Assembly (NCBI GenBank): GCA_963751455.1
Contig: CAVVUN010000003.1
Location: forward strand, 1 to 64,000
Origin: Nitrospirota bacterium
GTDB lineage: Bacteria > Nitrospirota > UBA9217
DNA length: 64,000 bases
Direction of reading: 5' to 3'
In this document: piece after piece, positions 52,371-62,706 of the stretch
Position numbering within the stretch: the first letter of the stretch is position 1
Layout of the letters: every line of letters begins with the position of its first letter
The notes under the pieces: model-generated
What the model saw: only the letters and a program-made list of their open reading frames with translations
Databases searched by the model: none
Told to the model about the DNA's origin: nothing
Program-made: the position numbers and the translations under genes

Positions 52371-52617
52371 TGGACGCTCCTTTAATTAAATTTCAGCAAC
52401 GTTATCGGCACGGCTGCATGGATTGATGCTCGCCGAAATACCTCTTCGGCTCAGTTATCAAACCATAACCCGGACAAGCCGGGAACCAAAGCGTGAACCG
52501 CGAGGGGCGCAAAGGTCGCGAGGAAGGCTAGAACCAATTCAGGTTTTAGATCGAGATTAAAGGTTTCCTTCGCGTTCACTGTCCACTACCCCCTCGCCCT
52601 CAGGAAGAGGGACCGGG

Positions 52618-52720
52618 GCTTGCACCCAGCGCTTATGAGGCCCTTGATTCCCATCTCGTGGTTCTCAATGAGATGGTACAACAATGAGTCTATGTTTTAT
52701 GCAACGCGCGAATGCAGGGT
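52618..52720 (+). repeat. Long structured dispersed element, copy B (plus a partial left end at 52740-52758)
   Basis: Colinear with 8848-8949; splits a ccctcgccct..gagggaccggg|gtgaggg palindrome. Confidence 0.8.
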
Positions 52721-52758
52721 GTGAGGGAGATTTATTTTTGCCTGCACCCAGCGTTTAC

Positions 52759-53241
52759 CTACTGCCCGGGTCGAACGAGAAGCCGGAATATCAGGCCATG
52801 CAGGATAAGCAGGGGCGGCACGAGCGCTGTCGGAATGAAGAACGCCGCGCCGAGCATCCTGGGGTCAAGCCCGACTCCGAACGCCTGGTAAAACGCAAGT
52901 AAAAGGTCCATGAAGCCCCACAGGTTGAACAGCCAGACGAGCATCACGGCCGAGGACGAACGCCGGGAAAGGGCTATTGCGGCCGCTACTGCGAGTATGG
53001 CTGAAACCAGATCGCCGTACGCCGCAGGAGCAGCGAAGGCGGATGGCAGCGCGGGAGAAACAACCCCGGGCATGAGAAAGCTGAGTCCAACGAACCGAAA
53101 CGTGTGGGGCACCACCAGGCGAAGCAGCGCGTCATCCCGCCTCAGTACCCGAAGACGGGGCCAGATGTAGAGTTTCGTGACCAGGCCGAAGGCCACAAAG
53201 CTCATGAGGATGCTCAGTCCAAATATTGCTTGAATATCCAC
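52759..53241 (-). CDS. Hypothetical multi-TM membrane protein
   Basis: AAGAGGAG RBS, hydrophobic segments, H.FRFVG..AYGDL..IPT.LVP...H pattern. Confidence 0.7.
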   Translation of the reverse strand: MDIQAIFGLSILMSFVAFGLVTKLYIWPRLRVLRRDDALLRLVVPHTFRFVGLSFLMPGVVSPALPSAFAAPAAYGDLVSAILAVAAAIALSRRSSSAVMLVWLFNLWGFMDLLLAFYQAFGVGLDPRMLGAAFFIPTALVPPLLILHGLIFRLLVRPGQ

Positions 53242-53482
53242 GTCTCCTCTTACGGCAGAGCTTCACGCATGAAGCCGCTCGGATAATTCTAAAAAACGAT
53301 ATCCGCGGATTGAAATGCATAATGCGATTATCTATTGATAACTATATGGCTGCATCAGAAAGGTGTCAACGATATGAATGCGCTTTGAAGGGAAGACAAT
53401 AATAAATAAAAACTTTGGTAGGAGCGGGGCTGTAGCCGCCATTCATCTGGAAATGTGAATCGCACGGAAAGCAAACATGCTT

Positions 53483-53950
53483 TTATTTTGCTGTCTCTAA
53501 CCTTTTATCAAACATGAAATTGTCAATTGTGTGAATCTTGACGTGTTTAATTTCCGGATGCAGCGGGTTAATCAGGACGTTAAATTCATCCGGCATGACA
53601 GCGGAAGGGACTCGCAGCAACAGACTCTTTTTATCCGTCGCCCATTGAGTGCCGATAGCAGCCAGCTTGAATGAAGGTGGATAGCGGCGCCAATTTTTGG
53701 GCAGGTCGGCAATATCGATTACTCTGGGAACAATCGACTTCGGGATTGAGATAGAAACGATCTTCCTCGAAAGCAGAAACTCGGCATTAGTCATATGGAC
53801 CAGTGCTTCAAGAGCTGCCAACGACCGGCTTTCCGCCGTATAAATGATCGGAGTCCCCTTATAGTTCCACCTGCCGCCGGCAAGTCTGGCTCCCTCTCCC
53901 GAGAGATCCTTTGCATATTTAACACGCGATACTCTATAGAGCATCATCAT
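53483..53950 (-). CDS. RES-domain toxin (NAD+ phosphorylase family)
   Basis: SGEGA..GGRWN, YTAESRSLAALE, LRVPS, NVLINP. Confidence 0.92.
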   Translation of the reverse strand: MMMLYRVSRVKYAKDLSGEGARLAGGRWNYKGTPIIYTAESRSLAALEALVHMTNAEFLLSRKIVSISIPKSIVPRVIDIADLPKNWRRYPPSFKLAAIGTQWATDKKSLLLRVPSAVMPDEFNVLINPLHPEIKHVKIHTIDNFMFDKRLETAK

Positions 53951-54399
53951 GCAAATATACCATGATCAATACGAGTAAGTTCATCCATGACGAGTTGAGT
54001 TCCTGTTTGCAAATTGACGAGTTCTCTCGGGGCTTTCCCGCCGAATGCCGTATTGGGCGTGCTAAACCAGCGCTGAAAATTCTCGCGCGATTCGAATACT
54101 TCAGCCCCCCTTACCATTAATCGTGCCAACTGAATAATATGCTCTGAGACCGAGGGATCGAATCTTTGTGAGTTCTTATATCTCTGAATCGTACGCAAAG
54201 TTATGGGGAGCATCGATGCAAGTTTATCAGGACCAAAACCGAAACAAACACCCAAAGAGACGAGAGCTGCCTTTGTAACTCCTTTCCGGCTCATTTCTAT
54301 CACATCCATTTCAGAGTCCAGATCTCTATCAAAAAGTTTTGAAAAAATCTCTGAAGGCTCTACTGAACAAACCTTTTTCAATACTTTAGCTGTCGGCAT
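53947..54399 (-). CDS. Xre/MbcA/ParS-type antitoxin
   Basis: RTIQR HTH, VF..WFSTPNTAFGGKAP..L..G..V.DELTRIDHG; stop overlaps the toxin start. Confidence 0.9.
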   Translation of the reverse strand: MPTAKVLKKVCSVEPSEIFSKLFDRDLDSEMDVIEMSRKGVTKAALVSLGVCFGFGPDKLASMLPITLRTIQRYKNSQRFDPSVSEHIIQLARLMVRGAEVFESRENFQRWFSTPNTAFGGKAPRELVNLQTGTQLVMDELTRIDHGIFA

Positions 54400-54420
54400 A
54401 TATATCTCCTTCCTGCCTAG

Positions 54421-54463
54421 CGACATCTGTCATTATATTAACGAATATTGTCGTAATTGTCAA
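54421..54463 (-). promoter_or_regulatory. Sigma70 promoter of the TA operon with TGTC/GACA repeats (possible autorepression operator)
   Basis: TTGACA(54463-54458)-17nt-TAATAT(54440-54435); gacatctgtc palindrome. Confidence 0.55.
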
Positions 54464-54818
54464 TAAGATTGGAAAGCCGCAAAGATCTCTAAGAGACAAT
54501 TTCCAGGCCGCTTACTATAAATACATTCTTAACATGGCTGCTGCGAAGATTCGACATGAAAGATTTGATTAAGTGAGGGTTTGCATATAGTGCTCTTTTT
54601 TTCTTTTAATAATTATAGCGTGGGTGGAGCGAGGCGGTGAGATAAATAGCACTGAGTGTTGCTTTTAACAAATAAGATCTGATTCAACGCCCAAACTCTT
54701 CCAGCGTGATTTCGAGGAAAAGACCAACAGTATGGACCTGACCCCAAGAAGTTTCCTGCGGGAAGTTGTTATTTGTCAAGAATCGAGAAGTGATAATCAT
54801 AGTCCCTATTCAAAGGCA

Positions 54819-55988
54819 CTACAGTTCTTTCAGACGCACTCCGTTCACGGCTCGTATCTGCTTGCCGATAGAAAACTCTTCTTTGACTCGCGAAATCACG
54901 AGTCCCTTGATTACTGCGTCATCCCCATAATAGCTCCGCAACGCATGAAATCCCTTCTGCGCGTCGGCCCCCGGAGCACCCGTCAATTTCGCTTCAAGCG
55001 CGATGAACCTTCCGCCCTTCTCGACGAGGAAGTCGACCTCCTGACCGTCGTTCGTGCGCCAATAATAGAGAGGCGGATTCGTCAGTCCTTGCGCAAGAAG
55101 GGTCCGGTATATCTGATTGAATGCATAGGTTTCCCAGAGCGCCCCCGCCAAATGGGACTTTTCGATCTCCTGCCACGAGAACAGTCCCGTAAGGTGCGCG
55201 GCAAGCCCGGTATCGAGGAAGTATATCTTGGGTGACTTGACGAGACGTTTGCCGATGCTCCGATGATAAGGTTCGAGCAGGAAGACGATATGAGACGCCT
55301 CCAGCACGGAAACCCAAGCCTTGATCGTATTCGGAGCGACGCCGACATCGCGGGCGAGGTCCGAGAGCGAAAGCGTTTGAGCGGTTCTGGCCGCTATTGC
55401 CCGTAAGAAGCGGTTAAAATCGCGAAGATTGCCTACGCGCAGTATATTTCTCACATCCCGCTCCAGATAGGTTGCCACGTAGGACGGGTACCAGGTCATG
55501 GGATTGATGGAATCACCTGCGTAAAGCGCCGGGAATCCGCCCTTGGCGATATACTCCTCGACTGAAGGCATGCGCCGCGAATCCGCCAATTCCTGAGCAG
55601 ACAGCGATTGAAGGCTGACAATGCCGCACCGACCTGCAAGGCTTTCGGTGAGATTGTGCATCAAATTAAAGCTCTGGGAGCCGGTTATGAAATACTGTCC
55701 CTTCTTCTTTGTTTTATCCACGATCAGCTTGATGTGGCGAAACAGGCCCGGGGCATACTGTGCCTCGTCGATAATCGCGGGAGAGGGCAGTGAGTTAAGG
55801 AAGTCGGACGGAGAATTCTCGGCATCCGAAGCTTTGGCCGGATCGTCCAGGGTCACATAGGAATAGTCCCGGAAGAGATGGTTCAGGATGCTGGTCTTGC
55901 CGACCTGACGCGCGCCGGTAACGAATACGACAGGAAACAGGCGTGAAAAATCCCGAATCACGGTTTCCGCATTTCTTGTTATCCACAT
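54819..55988 (-). CDS. AAA_14 + DUF4143 ATP-binding protein
   Basis: GARQVGKT, IIDEAQ, TGSQ, ESLAGR, GGFP, KSPKIYFLDTG, EVDF..EAK. Confidence 0.9.
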   Translation of the reverse strand: MWITRNAETVIRDFSRLFPVVFVTGARQVGKTSILNHLFRDYSYVTLDDPAKASDAENSPSDFLNSLPSPAIIDEAQYAPGLFRHIKLIVDKTKKKGQYFITGSQSFNLMHNLTESLAGRCGIVSLQSLSAQELADSRRMPSVEEYIAKGGFPALYAGDSINPMTWYPSYVATYLERDVRNILRVGNLRDFNRFLRAIAARTAQTLSLSDLARDVGVAPNTIKAWVSVLEASHIVFLLEPYHRSIGKRLVKSPKIYFLDTGLAAHLTGLFSWQEIEKSHLAGALWETYAFNQIYRTLLAQGLTNPPLYYWRTNDGQEVDFLVEKGGRFIALEAKLTGAPGADAQKGFHALRSYYGDDAVIKGLVISRVKEEFSIGKQIRAVNGVRLKEL

Positions 55989-56238
55989 GCGGATATTATG
56001 CAATTGAATTGCAAAATTGTCAAGACCTTGCACTATCGAGAGCATGATCTATCGGGGATGCAAACAGGAAGCCGTGATTCGTTGACGTCGATAGTGAGCC
56101 CTTGCCGGCATATTGTCAACAGCAAAGATTCGACCCCTTATTTTTTCCGTGGAGGGGAAGATACAAAAGCAGCCTGAAACAGATCGGCCGGAAGGAGCGA
56201 TCCTTCCGGCCGTAGTATTCTTGTTCGTGTTCCCTCTC

Positions 56239-56697
56239 TTACGCGGCAATGTCCTCAGGGATCTCGGGTTCAACGAGCTTGGTAAGGAGCGTGAGCGAGT
56301 CCTCCCACCCGAGATAGCAGGCATCAACCGGAATCACGGCAGGAATGCCCTCCTGCACGATGTTCACTTCGGTTCCCACTGAGACCTTTTTGAGCTGCAC
56401 CGTAGTCCGCATCTCACCTTCCAGACCCGGATCGTCGAACTTGTCCGTGTAAACCAGTCGCTCGTTCGGGACCAGTTCGATGAACTCGCCATGGAACGAA
56501 TGGCTCTTGCCTGTCGTAAAGTTGGTGAACGACATGCGGTAGGTCCCTCCCTTCTTCGGTTCCAGCTGGTGGACCTTTCCCGTGAATCCGTCCGGCGGCA
56601 GCCATTTGGCCATGGCATCGGCATCGAGGAACGCGCGGTACACCCGCTCAGGCGCGGCGCGCAGCACGCGATGAAGTTTTACAGTACCTGTCTGCAT
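56239..56697 (-). CDS. SRPBCC/AHSA1-family protein
   Basis: APERVYRAF..KWLPP, GGTYRMSF, LVPNERL, YLGW. Confidence 0.9.
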   Translation of the reverse strand: MQTGTVKLHRVLRAAPERVYRAFLDADAMAKWLPPDGFTGKVHQLEPKKGGTYRMSFTNFTTGKSHSFHGEFIELVPNERLVYTDKFDDPGLEGEMRTTVQLKKVSVGTEVNIVQEGIPAVIPVDACYLGWEDSLTLLTKLVEPEIPEDIAA

Positions 56698-56816
56698 GGT
56701 ATTTTCCTCCTTCCCATAAGCTTCTACTACTATTTTACCTCTTTTTCAGGGAGAAGACGGCAGTGGGAGCGGTTGTATAATTGGATCAACAGAACGATCG
56801 AAAGGAGAACATCGCC

Positions 56817-57305
56817 ATGAAAAACATCACCCCATTCTTATGGTTCGATACCCAGGCCGAGGAAGCCGTAAAATTCTATGTCTCCCTGATCAAGAACTCA
56901 AAGGTCATTACGACCACCCGTTACACCGAGGAGTCCGCAGCCGCGACCGGCATGCCGGCGGGGTCCGTCATGACCGTCGATTTCCGGCTGAACGGGCAGG
57001 ATTTCATGGCCCTGAACGGCGGTCCGCAGTTCCCCTTCACGCCGGCCGTCTCATTCATGATCAAGTGCGATACCCAGGAAGAGATCGACCAACTCTGGGA
57101 GAAGCTGTCCGAAGGCGGGGAGAAGAGCGTGTGCGGCTGGTTGAAGGACAAGTACGGCGTCTCGTGGCAGGTTGCTCCCGCGATTCTGGATGAACTGATG
57201 AAAGACCAGGAGGGAGTGAAACGGGTCATGCGGGCAGTGCTCAAAATGACCAAGCTCGATATAAAGATGCTGCAGCAGGCCTACGATCGGCGCGAAGCAG
57301 CGTGA
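56817..57305 (+). CDS. VOC-family PhnB / 3-demethylubiquinone-9 methyltransferase-like protein
   Basis: ITPFLWF, ALNGGP, CGWLKDKYGVSWQV. Confidence 0.9.
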   Translation: MKNITPFLWFDTQAEEAVKFYVSLIKNSKVITTTRYTEESAAATGMPAGSVMTVDFRLNGQDFMALNGGPQFPFTPAVSFMIKCDTQEEIDQLWEKLSEGGEKSVCGWLKDKYGVSWQVAPAILDELMKDQEGVKRVMRAVLKMTKLDIKMLQQAYDRREAA

Positions 57306-57393
57306 TGGCGCGGTGCGAAAACATTCTTCCCTCCCCTGCCCTTTCATGGTCTATAATTTTTCCAGGGGAACATAACGCAGGAAAGGAGACGCG

Positions 57394-57951
57394 ATGCGAA
57401 AACTGACCGTATTCAACCTGATGACGCTTGACGGCTATATTGCCGGAGAAGACGGCGACATTTCCTGGCATAACGTGGACCAGGAGTTCCAGGAGTTGGC
57501 CGACAAGGCAGCGAATTCAGGCAACACGCTGATCTTCGGCCGCGTCACCTATGAGCTGATGGCATCGTTCTGGCCCACCGAGGAGGCCCTCAAGACCGAT
57601 CCGCTGGTGGCGCAGGGCATGAACAAGGCGGAGAAGATCGTGTTCTCCCGGACCCTGGACAAGGTCGTGTGGAACAATACGCGGCTGGTAAAACAGGACC
57701 TGACCGGAGACATAGGGAAGCTGAAACAGCAGGAAGGCAAGGACCTGACCATCCTGGGCAGCGGCAGCATTGTCGCACAGCTCGCGCAGGAAGGCCTGAT
57801 CGATCGATACGAGATCCTGCTCAACCCCGTTGTTCTCGGCAAGGGAAAGACCATGTTCGAGGGCCTGAAGGGCAGGCTGAATTTGAAATTGACCGGCACC
57901 CGGACATTTGGCAACGGGAATGTGCTGCTGACCTATGAGCCTGCCGGCTGA
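57394..57951 (+). CDS. RibD C-terminal / DHFR-fold reductase
   Basis: TLDGYIA, FGRVTY, GSGSIV, PVVLGKG. Confidence 0.88.
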   Translation: MRKLTVFNLMTLDGYIAGEDGDISWHNVDQEFQELADKAANSGNTLIFGRVTYELMASFWPTEEALKTDPLVAQGMNKAEKIVFSRTLDKVVWNNTRLVKQDLTGDIGKLKQQEGKDLTILGSGSIVAQLAQEGLIDRYEILLNPVVLGKGKTMFEGLKGRLNLKLTGTRTFGNGNVLLTYEPAG

Positions 57952-57974
57952 AGCGCGTAACAAGGAGACGGGAC

Positions 57975-58568
57975 ATGAGAAAGATAATTATTTCATCGAT
58001 GATCACATTGGATGGAGTAATGCAAGCACCCGGTGGGCCTAAGGAAGATACGTCAGGCGGTTTTAAATATGGCGGTTGGGTTGCATCGTATGGTGACGAA
58101 GTTTTTGGAAAGGCCATGGAAAAACAAATGAAACCTGCAGATCTTCTTTTGGGCAGAAAAACATTTGAGATCTTTGCCGGCTACTGGCCAGAGCATGAAA
58201 ATGGATGGCCGGGTATCAATGACGTCACAAAATACGTCATGTCCAGGACCATGAAAAAGTCAGATTGGAAAAACTCAGTTTTCCTCAAAAGCCTGGCAGA
58301 TATTAAAAAGCTCAAAAATTCAAAAGGTGCTGACATTCAAGTTTGGGGCAGCGGCAAGCTCATCCAGACACTACTCGAAAACGATCTAGTTGACGAACTC
58401 TGGCTCAAAATTTTCCCGTTGACTCTTGGTAAAGGAAAAAAGCTGTTTGACAAAGGCACGATTCCGGCAGCTTTTACATTAATAGAGGGTATTGTCACGC
58501 CAAGCGGAGTGATTATTGCGAATTACAAGCGAGCTGGAAAAGTCAAGACAGGGACTGTTGGAGCTTAA
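57975..58568 (+). CDS. RibD C-terminal / DHFR-fold reductase (second paralog)
   Basis: TLDGVMQAPGGP.ED, LGRKTF, WGSG, LGKGKKLF. Confidence 0.88.
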   Translation: MRKIIISSMITLDGVMQAPGGPKEDTSGGFKYGGWVASYGDEVFGKAMEKQMKPADLLLGRKTFEIFAGYWPEHENGWPGINDVTKYVMSRTMKKSDWKNSVFLKSLADIKKLKNSKGADIQVWGSGKLIQTLLENDLVDELWLKIFPLTLGKGKKLFDKGTIPAAFTLIEGIVTPSGVIIANYKRAGKVKTGTVGA

Positions 58569-58600
58569 GGAGTTGATCGCATCTTAATGGAAAGCACGCT

Positions 58601-59127
58601 GTGAACCAACGTCCTCCTGGTTGTCTCCAGGATGATTTGCATAATGGACGAAAATTTCGGGCTCTTCCGATCATGGACACCTTCACGAAAGAGTGTTTCT
58701 GGATCGAGGTAGACACATCGATCGGCGGAAAACGGGTGGCACAGGTTCTCACCCGCATATCAGCAGTTCATGGTCTACCTGAACAGATCCTTGTAAATAA
58801 CGGTCCCGAGTTCGTCAGCAACGCACTGGACGCCTGGGCGTATGCTCGCGGCATTAAGCTGCAATTCATCCGTCCAGGGAAGCCGGTCGATAACTGTTAC
58901 ATGGAAAGCTTCAACGGCAAGTTTCGCGATGAATGTCTCAACGAGAACTGGTTCATGAGTTTGGATCATGCTCGAAAAATCATCGAGAACTGGCGGATCG
59001 ATTACATGGAAGTCCGACCACACAGCGCTCTGGGAGATTTGGCTCCCGCTGAATTTAAGCTGCAAAAATTGTCAAAGATCGGTCAAAATCTCTAATTGCA
59101 TGTGGCACTACAAATGGGGGTAGCTCA
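58601..59127 (+). mobile_element. 5'-truncated IS3-family remnant (integrase core plus right end)
   Basis: GRKFRAL..D, NNGPEF (catalytic D changed to N), PGKPVDN..ESFNGKFRDECLN, RPHSALG; ends ...ggggtagctCA. Confidence 0.85.
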
Positions 59128-59417
59128 GGGATGATTGGCGGCAACGGCACGCCGGATAAACATAACGATTAGAGAGCAAGTTCGCTTCGAATGAGAACCG
59201 TCGATAAAAACCAGCATGGCCTATTGCGGGGCTTGGGGGCGAGCTACGTCCTAAAAAAAGTTCAGTCGTTATCGCATTGTTAGTTCAGTGAAACCAATTT
59301 GCACTTGACAGGGGGACTATAGGATGTCCCCTAAATATTCTGGATGATGAAGAAATTTCAAGAAGAAAGACCCTAATGGTTCCTCAAAATTGTTTACACA
59401 AATATACCTCGTTTCTT

Positions 59418-60878
59418 TCACTTCCACGAAGTCTTAATAGGTCGTACCCCGCCTCTGCGACCTATTTTGAATCCTACTCGGTAAATGTCAGGAATATTAA
59501 TCCGCTGGTCGGTTGTCGGATAAACCACACCCAAATCCTCAAGATCCATTAAAAGGGCGGTTATTCTCTTTCTATTATCAAATTCTAAGGAAAAACGGCG
59601 CGGCGGCAATTTATCTGATTTCATTAACGTCCCAGTAATGCCTTTCCATAGTGCTGCTAAAGTCGATATATCTAATGGAACCGTTTGGCCTTCTAGAGCA
59701 TTCAATAAGGGCGCTATCCATGGATAATCTTCATTCAATTCATCGACTCTTACTGCTGATGCTTTTGCGACACCATTTTTGATGCCTTCGTAATGTATTG
59801 GCACGACATGGTTAGAATACTTTATCGTTGTTTCCTCAGCAGCAGTTTTCATGGCTAGCAATAGACTACGGGGTGCTACATCCAAATTTCCATCGGCCAA
59901 GTGTACAGGAATCCATGAAAAGCAAAATCCTCTTTTCGGTCCAGTGCCCATCCATTTACCCGTTAAGACCTCAAGAGTTTGACGGATACTATTATCATTT
60001 GGATTTTCGACAAACAGTTTATCAACTTTTCTATATATCATCAGTTTATGAGTCGAACAAAACTTTCTAAATGACCGGCCAGCGTACTCATGATTCGAAA
60101 CCCATCGTATAACAATTAAAAACAGGTCTGCCGCTTGCCATTTGAGCTGGACGGCACTATGCTTTAGTTTTGAACTATCTTGAAACCGCCAAACTGTTTC
60201 ATCTTCTGCCATGTCCGGGCGAAGAAAAAGTTTCAGTCGAATTTGGCTAAAACTTCTAAGGTCCAATGATATTTCAAGAAGAGACTGAACCCAGAGACGT
60301 GCATCATCCCAGCTTTTTGAGAGCCTATCCAATGCATCAAAAATAATTAATATTGTCTTGTTTTCACGTTTCAGGCTTGCATCAAATTTAGAAATATTTT
60401 TTTCGAATGCGACGTCATTACCGCAGACCTTCACAATTTCAGGCCAGTCTGAAATACTTTTACCTGCTTGTTCATCGATATTTGCCAGATGTCGCGCAAT
60501 AACAGCTTTCCAAATTGCAGCACGTGAAAAACCAAGAGATAATAATTTCACTAATTCCGCTGGACTTGGATGGTGCGTACTTGAAAGATCAATACTGAAT
60601 CCGATTTTGACAATCGCATCTCCCAATTCCTTTGAACGCACTTGCTCAGCAACAAAACGTCTTGCTTGATTATTTCCGAGAACCGCAGTCCAAAAGCTTT
60701 TTCCTGCACCGCGAATACCTATTATTAATGTTGTATCTAAGGCTAACGCCTGCCAATGGGAAACAGGCACAACAATCCGGGATAACTCTGGCGGGTTTAA
60801 ACTTTCTTGCGCCTGGACGGATGGCAAGTCCGTCAGCGCCTGTCGCCATATCATTATTTCCTTCATGGTAGGTTCCAC
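59418..60878 (-). CDS. P-loop NTPase of unknown function (STAND/AAA-like)
   Basis: IIGIRGAGKS Walker A, LIIFDALDR Walker B, KLFLRPD; low GC; abuts the upstream gene. Confidence 0.8.
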   Translation of the reverse strand: MEPTMKEIMIWRQALTDLPSVQAQESLNPPELSRIVVPVSHWQALALDTTLIIGIRGAGKSFWTAVLGNNQARRFVAEQVRSKELGDAIVKIGFSIDLSSTHHPSPAELVKLLSLGFSRAAIWKAVIARHLANIDEQAGKSISDWPEIVKVCGNDVAFEKNISKFDASLKRENKTILIIFDALDRLSKSWDDARLWVQSLLEISLDLRSFSQIRLKLFLRPDMAEDETVWRFQDSSKLKHSAVQLKWQAADLFLIVIRWVSNHEYAGRSFRKFCSTHKLMIYRKVDKLFVENPNDNSIRQTLEVLTGKWMGTGPKRGFCFSWIPVHLADGNLDVAPRSLLLAMKTAAEETTIKYSNHVVPIHYEGIKNGVAKASAVRVDELNEDYPWIAPLLNALEGQTVPLDISTLAALWKGITGTLMKSDKLPPRRFSLEFDNRKRITALLMDLEDLGVVYPTTDQRINIPDIYRVGFKIGRRGGVRPIKTSWK

Positions 60879-62180
60879 TTATTCGTCCCCAAATCCCAGG
60901 CGCGAGGAATATAATTTGCAAAATTCTCCAAAAGCGACTTTGATCACTTCTTCTCGGATTGTTTCACCCATTCCCCAGCCTGGGAAACCGCGCAATTGGT
61001 CCCCAAAGTAAATTGGCGTTGGATAGTGCGGAGCAGCTTCGTCATTTAAAGAATAAGACACATCGCTCTTTTCCGTTTCGGTCTCTTCATCATAAATTTC
61101 TCGCCATGTATCATACGATAACTGGACGCAATGCTGCAAGGACTCATCAGTAGAGCCAATTTGAGCAGCCACCATTTTTAAGCGGCTGCGTAAATCATCA
61201 GACTGATGACCCCACTCAACCTGTCGTGATTTTGCAAGATGCTCAAAGAGCTTCGAATAACCTTTCCAGCTCTGCATCTCATCTCTCGTAAACAACATAA
61301 CCTCCGCGTCAAGTTGTGTAACTACAGCTGCGCCGAGATCGTGTAGACCTGCCCTAGAATCAATCAGTACCGCATCTGGAGTAAACTCTGCTCCTGCTAT
61401 CGAATTGACAAGATTTTGCAAATTTATTCCCAAGCTTTTCCAAGTATCTCCATCATTTGACAAAGATGTAAGATAAGCTCTGCCGACTTTAGCTACGTAT
61501 TCTTTTGTTTCACTTCCCCACGCTGGAACACAAAAGACAGCACCAGTTCCTTCTGAAAGAGCAGGAACCCGAAACCAATAATCATTCGTTAGCTTTTCTG
61601 GTGCGTTATCCACAAGTGCCTCAACCAACCAATCAGTCACACCGTATTTCGCGCCATCCTTTCCTAACAGTATGCCAAGGCCTGGCGCTTCCAGATCTAA
61701 GTCAACTAGAACGACTTTCTTCCCCATTTTCGCTAGATGACGTGCTAGTACAGTTATAGCTAAAGACCTGCCAACACCGCCTTTTATACTATATGCAACT
61801 GCCACAGGAATGCGTGATTTCCATTTAGAAGGTCGAAGCCAGTCTTGGTTAGTTAATAACCTGTCTACCAAAAATGTTTCCAATTCAGCACTAGGTAAAA
61901 CTACCTTATCTTCCGAAGCTAGAACATCCTCTGGATCGATAAGGTCTCTTTCTGATAGTATGACGCTATTCATTCCTGAACTATAAGGACCTAAATTACT
62001 ATGTAATTTTTCTGCAATTTGCCGACCAGCTTCAATGGATTCAAATTCCTTAACAACCACGGTAACTCTTCCATTTGTTTGTCGGACTATTGTGATTGGC
62101 GGCTTAACTTGGGCCTTATATTCAATAAGAATTCTTTCAACAATTGGAATCACATTGTCAAATAAAACAGAAGTTTTCAC
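60879..62180 (-). CDS. ParA/MinD-like ATPase with variant KGGVGRS Walker A and an extra N-terminal domain
   Basis: YSIKGGVGRS, VLVDLDLEAPGL, VLIDSRAGL; GTG start overlaps the upstream TGA. Confidence 0.85.
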   Translation of the reverse strand: MKTSVLFDNVIPIVERILIEYKAQVKPPITIVRQTNGRVTVVVKEFESIEAGRQIAEKLHSNLGPYSSGMNSVILSERDLIDPEDVLASEDKVVLPSAELETFLVDRLLTNQDWLRPSKWKSRIPVAVAYSIKGGVGRSLAITVLARHLAKMGKKVVLVDLDLEAPGLGILLGKDGAKYGVTDWLVEALVDNAPEKLTNDYWFRVPALSEGTGAVFCVPAWGSETKEYVAKVGRAYLTSLSNDGDTWKSLGINLQNLVNSIAGAEFTPDAVLIDSRAGLHDLGAAVVTQLDAEVMLFTRDEMQSWKGYSKLFEHLAKSRQVEWGHQSDDLRSRLKMVAAQIGSTDESLQHCVQLSYDTWREIYDEETETEKSDVSYSLNDEAAPHYPTPIYFGDQLRGFPGWGMGETIREEVIKVAFGEFCKLYSSRLGFGDE

Positions 62181-62578
62181 GAATTACTCCTTAACCCGAG
62201 CAAACCTGCTGCGCCGAGTATTCTTGCAGACCATTTTTTGTGGCTGTCACATACCTCTGTCTTGACGAAACCAGTTGCCTCGTATCGTTGCGCCACATTC
62301 CAATCGTTGAAAGGTCTGCTCGCTGAATTCAATAATTGAAAGACGCTTGGGTATGCCTTGGGATCAATATGGATAGATATTTTTTCCCATAACTCATTGA
62401 CGTGTACTCGAAACTGGCGGTCAAGCTCTTGATCAAGATAACATCGATTGCGCAAACAGCTTTTTAGAGCGCATTCAGTAGCGATTCCAAAAAGTTGATC
62501 CGCATTATCAAAGCGTTGTACTTCAAACAAACCCTTACCGTCCAAGTAATGTCGAATTGCTGCCTCAGTAAAGCTCAT
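62177..62578 (-). CDS. Small HEPN-like protein
   Basis: A..H..D..L..RFDNA..LFG.A.ECALK..H..L..W....RY pattern; contains RQFRVH (Rx4H). Confidence 0.65.
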   Translation of the reverse strand: MSFTEAAIRHYLDGKGLFEVQRFDNADQLFGIATECALKSCLRNRCYLDQELDRQFRVHVNELWEKISIHIDPKAYPSVFQLLNSASRPFNDWNVAQRYEATGFVKTEVCDSHKKWSARILGAAGLLGLRSNS

Positions 62579-62706
62579 TTTTACTCCAGTAAGCGCCCAG
62601 TTAATTTTAGGACGGCCACAATGAATATGTCGACATTCCCCTTAATGATAGAGCGACGATATTAAACCATGTTTAGCTATGTATGTCAACCGGTTAACGT
62701 CCTAAT

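Noticed and set aside
60879-62180. Plasmid or chromosome partition ParA
   Set aside because: No ParB or parS, a variant Walker A, extra domains, and coupling to HEPN-like and ATPase genes
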